From: Malacoraja senta
Lineage: Eukaryota
Direction of reading: 5' to 3'
NCBI GenBank assembly: GCA_038087875.1
Contig: CM075991.1
Coordinates: forward strand, 6,076,001-6,140,000
Length of the DNA: 64,000 nt
Part shown: positions 62,360 through 64,000 of the stretch, in pieces
Numbering within the stretch: position 1 is the first letter of the stretch
How the letters are laid out: each line of letters opens with the position of its first letter
The notes under the pieces: model-generated
The model's input: only the letters and a program-made list of their open reading frames with translations
The model's database searches: none
Told to the model about the DNA's origin: nothing
Program-made: the position numbers and the translations under genes

Positions 62360-62626
62360 CGTAGCGGTAGAGTTGCTGCCTTACGGCGCCAGAGACCTAA
62401 GTTCGATCCTGTCGTCTGCCTGGGGTTTGTACCTTCACCCCGTGACCGCGTGGGTTTTCTCCGAAATCTTCGGTTTCCTCCCACATTCCAAAGACGTACA
62501 GGTTTGTAGTTTAATTGGCTTGGTAAAATTGCAAAAAAATTGTCCCGAATGTGCGTAGGATAGCGTGCGGCGCGGACTCGGTGGACCGAAGGGACAGTTT
62601 CCGCGCTGTATCTCTAAACTAAACTA
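62360..62626 (+). mobile_element. HE1/V-SINE-type SINE in SLC23A2 intron
   Basis: GCGGTAGAGTTGCTGCCTTAC...GTTCGATCC head, V-domain, (CTAAA)n tail. Confidence 0.82.
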
Positions 62627-62794
62627 TAGCATCTCAAAGTGCTCTGGTGCCAATGAACTGTGTACAGCAGGCTACCTAATAATAACCAGGTAACCTGCTG
62701 TTTAATGATACTGAACGATTGCTCCCAAGAACACTGCTCTACTTGAAAGGACACAAGGTGGCGAAGGAACTCCCATGATGAGTGTTAGACTGCA

Positions 62795-63205
62795 CCGCGC
62801 CTCTACTCTCTGGAGTTTAGAAGGATCAGGGAGACCTCATTGAAACTTACCCAACAGTGAAAGGCCTGGAGAGAGTGAATGTGGAGAGGATGTTTCCACT
62901 AGTGGGGAAATCTAGGACCAGAGGCTATAGCCTCAAAATTAAAGGACTGACCCATAGAAAGTTGATGAGGAATATCTTTAGCCAGAGGGTGGTGAATCTG
63001 TGGTATTCATTGCCACAGACAGCTGTGGAGGCCAAGCCAATCGGTATTTTTATTGCGGATATTGACAGGATTCTTGATTAGTAAGGCTGTCAGAGGTTAT
63101 GGGTAGAAGGCAGGAGAATGGGGCTGAGAGGGAAAGAAAGATCAGCCATGATTGAATGGCAGAGTAGACCTGATGGGCCAAATGCCCTAATTCTGCTCCT
63201 CTAAC
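62795..63205 (+). mobile_element. CR1/HER1-type LINE 3' end
   Basis: ORF 62857..63081 KGLERVNVERMFPLVGKSRTRG...QRVVNLW.SLP and 3' UTR. Confidence 0.85.
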
Positions 63206-63381
63206 TTAAGAACTCAGCTGGTCTGTCTGCATCTTTGGAGAGAAATGGACCGACAGTATTTCTTTGGTCAGGGCTGCTCTTCCAACTGACACCTTCTTCA
63301 GTGGGGAGGAATTGTTCACGTTTCAGGTCCTGATGCGGGCGGGGGTCCCTATCCATAAAGTTAACAATTCTTTCCCTCTAA

Positions 63382-63581
63382 NNNNNNNNNNNNNNNNNNN
63401 NNNNNNNNNNNNNNNNNNNNNNNNNNNNNNNNNNNNNNNNNNNNNNNNNNNNNNNNNNNNNNNNNNNNNNNNNNNNNNNNNNNNNNNNNNNNNNNNNNNN
63501 NNNNNNNNNNNNNNNNNNNNNNNNNNNNNNNNNNNNNNNNNNNNNNNNNNNNNNNNNNNNNNNNNNNNNNNNNNNNNNNNN
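63382..63581. other. Assembly gap (200 N)
   Basis: Run of N. Confidence 1.
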
Positions 63582-64000
63582 GACTCGGTGTTAACAGAAC
63601 TTCCTGGAGAACACCAGAGGCTTGTGATTCTTAGAACAGGACAGCACAGGATCAGGCCCTTCAGCCCACGACTTCTGTGCTGTATATGATAGAAGCATCG
63701 AACAGTACAGCACAAGAGCAGGCCCTCCGGCCCACAATGTCTGTGCCAAACATGATGTCAAGAACATTACTTATCCACCTGCACATAACTCGTGTACCTC
63801 CATTCCCTAATGGTGGCTGCACATGTAGATAGTGTGGCAAAGAAGGTGTATGGTATGTTTGCCTTCATTGCTGGTGTTATTGAATATAAGACTCAGGATG
63901 TCAGGATGCAGCTCTATAATTAGGCTGCCGTTGGAGTATTGTGTGCAGTTCTGGTCACCCCATTACAGGAACGTTTCAGGATAAGGAGTCACCCCACTAA

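Noticed and set aside
63264..63715. ORFs 63264..63689 and 63323..63715
   Set aside because: Artefacts of reading through the 200-N assembly gap.

Overview
Eukaryotic (vertebrate) genomic DNA, almost certainly from a cartilaginous fish (skate/ray-like): it is dense in HE1/V-SINE-type SINEs, HER1/CR1-type LINE tails and Penelope-type palindromic repeats. Two host genes converge on the window from its ends. On the + strand are the last two coding exons of a beta-microseminoprotein (MSMB/PSP94)-family gene (4-106, 2267-2375, AATAAA at 2560). On the - strand is the last coding exon of SLC23A2 (62303-62074), followed by a probable long 3' UTR. Between them lies a 21-kb head-to-tail array (12728-33605) of five copies of a composite unit (L2 3' fragment + host DNA + DIRS element + host DNA + L1 5' end). 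Each copy carries a different state of the same DIRS tyrosine-recombinase retrotransposon (fragment, two 467-bp minis, full-length with a MITE, 1.17-kb deletion). A second DIRS family is nested in the array, and two L1 elements are inserted 10 bp apart. The most novel-looking signals are RNA-level. (i) A ~135-175 bp retroposon (two copies, each with a 12-bp TSD) whose first 54 nt fold by eye into a minimal HDV/CPEB3-like ribozyme, with the element's 5' end falling exactly on the predicted cleavage G. (ii) Abundant palindromic repeats carrying minimal hammerhead cores. All family assignments come from motif recognition by eye; no database search was run.
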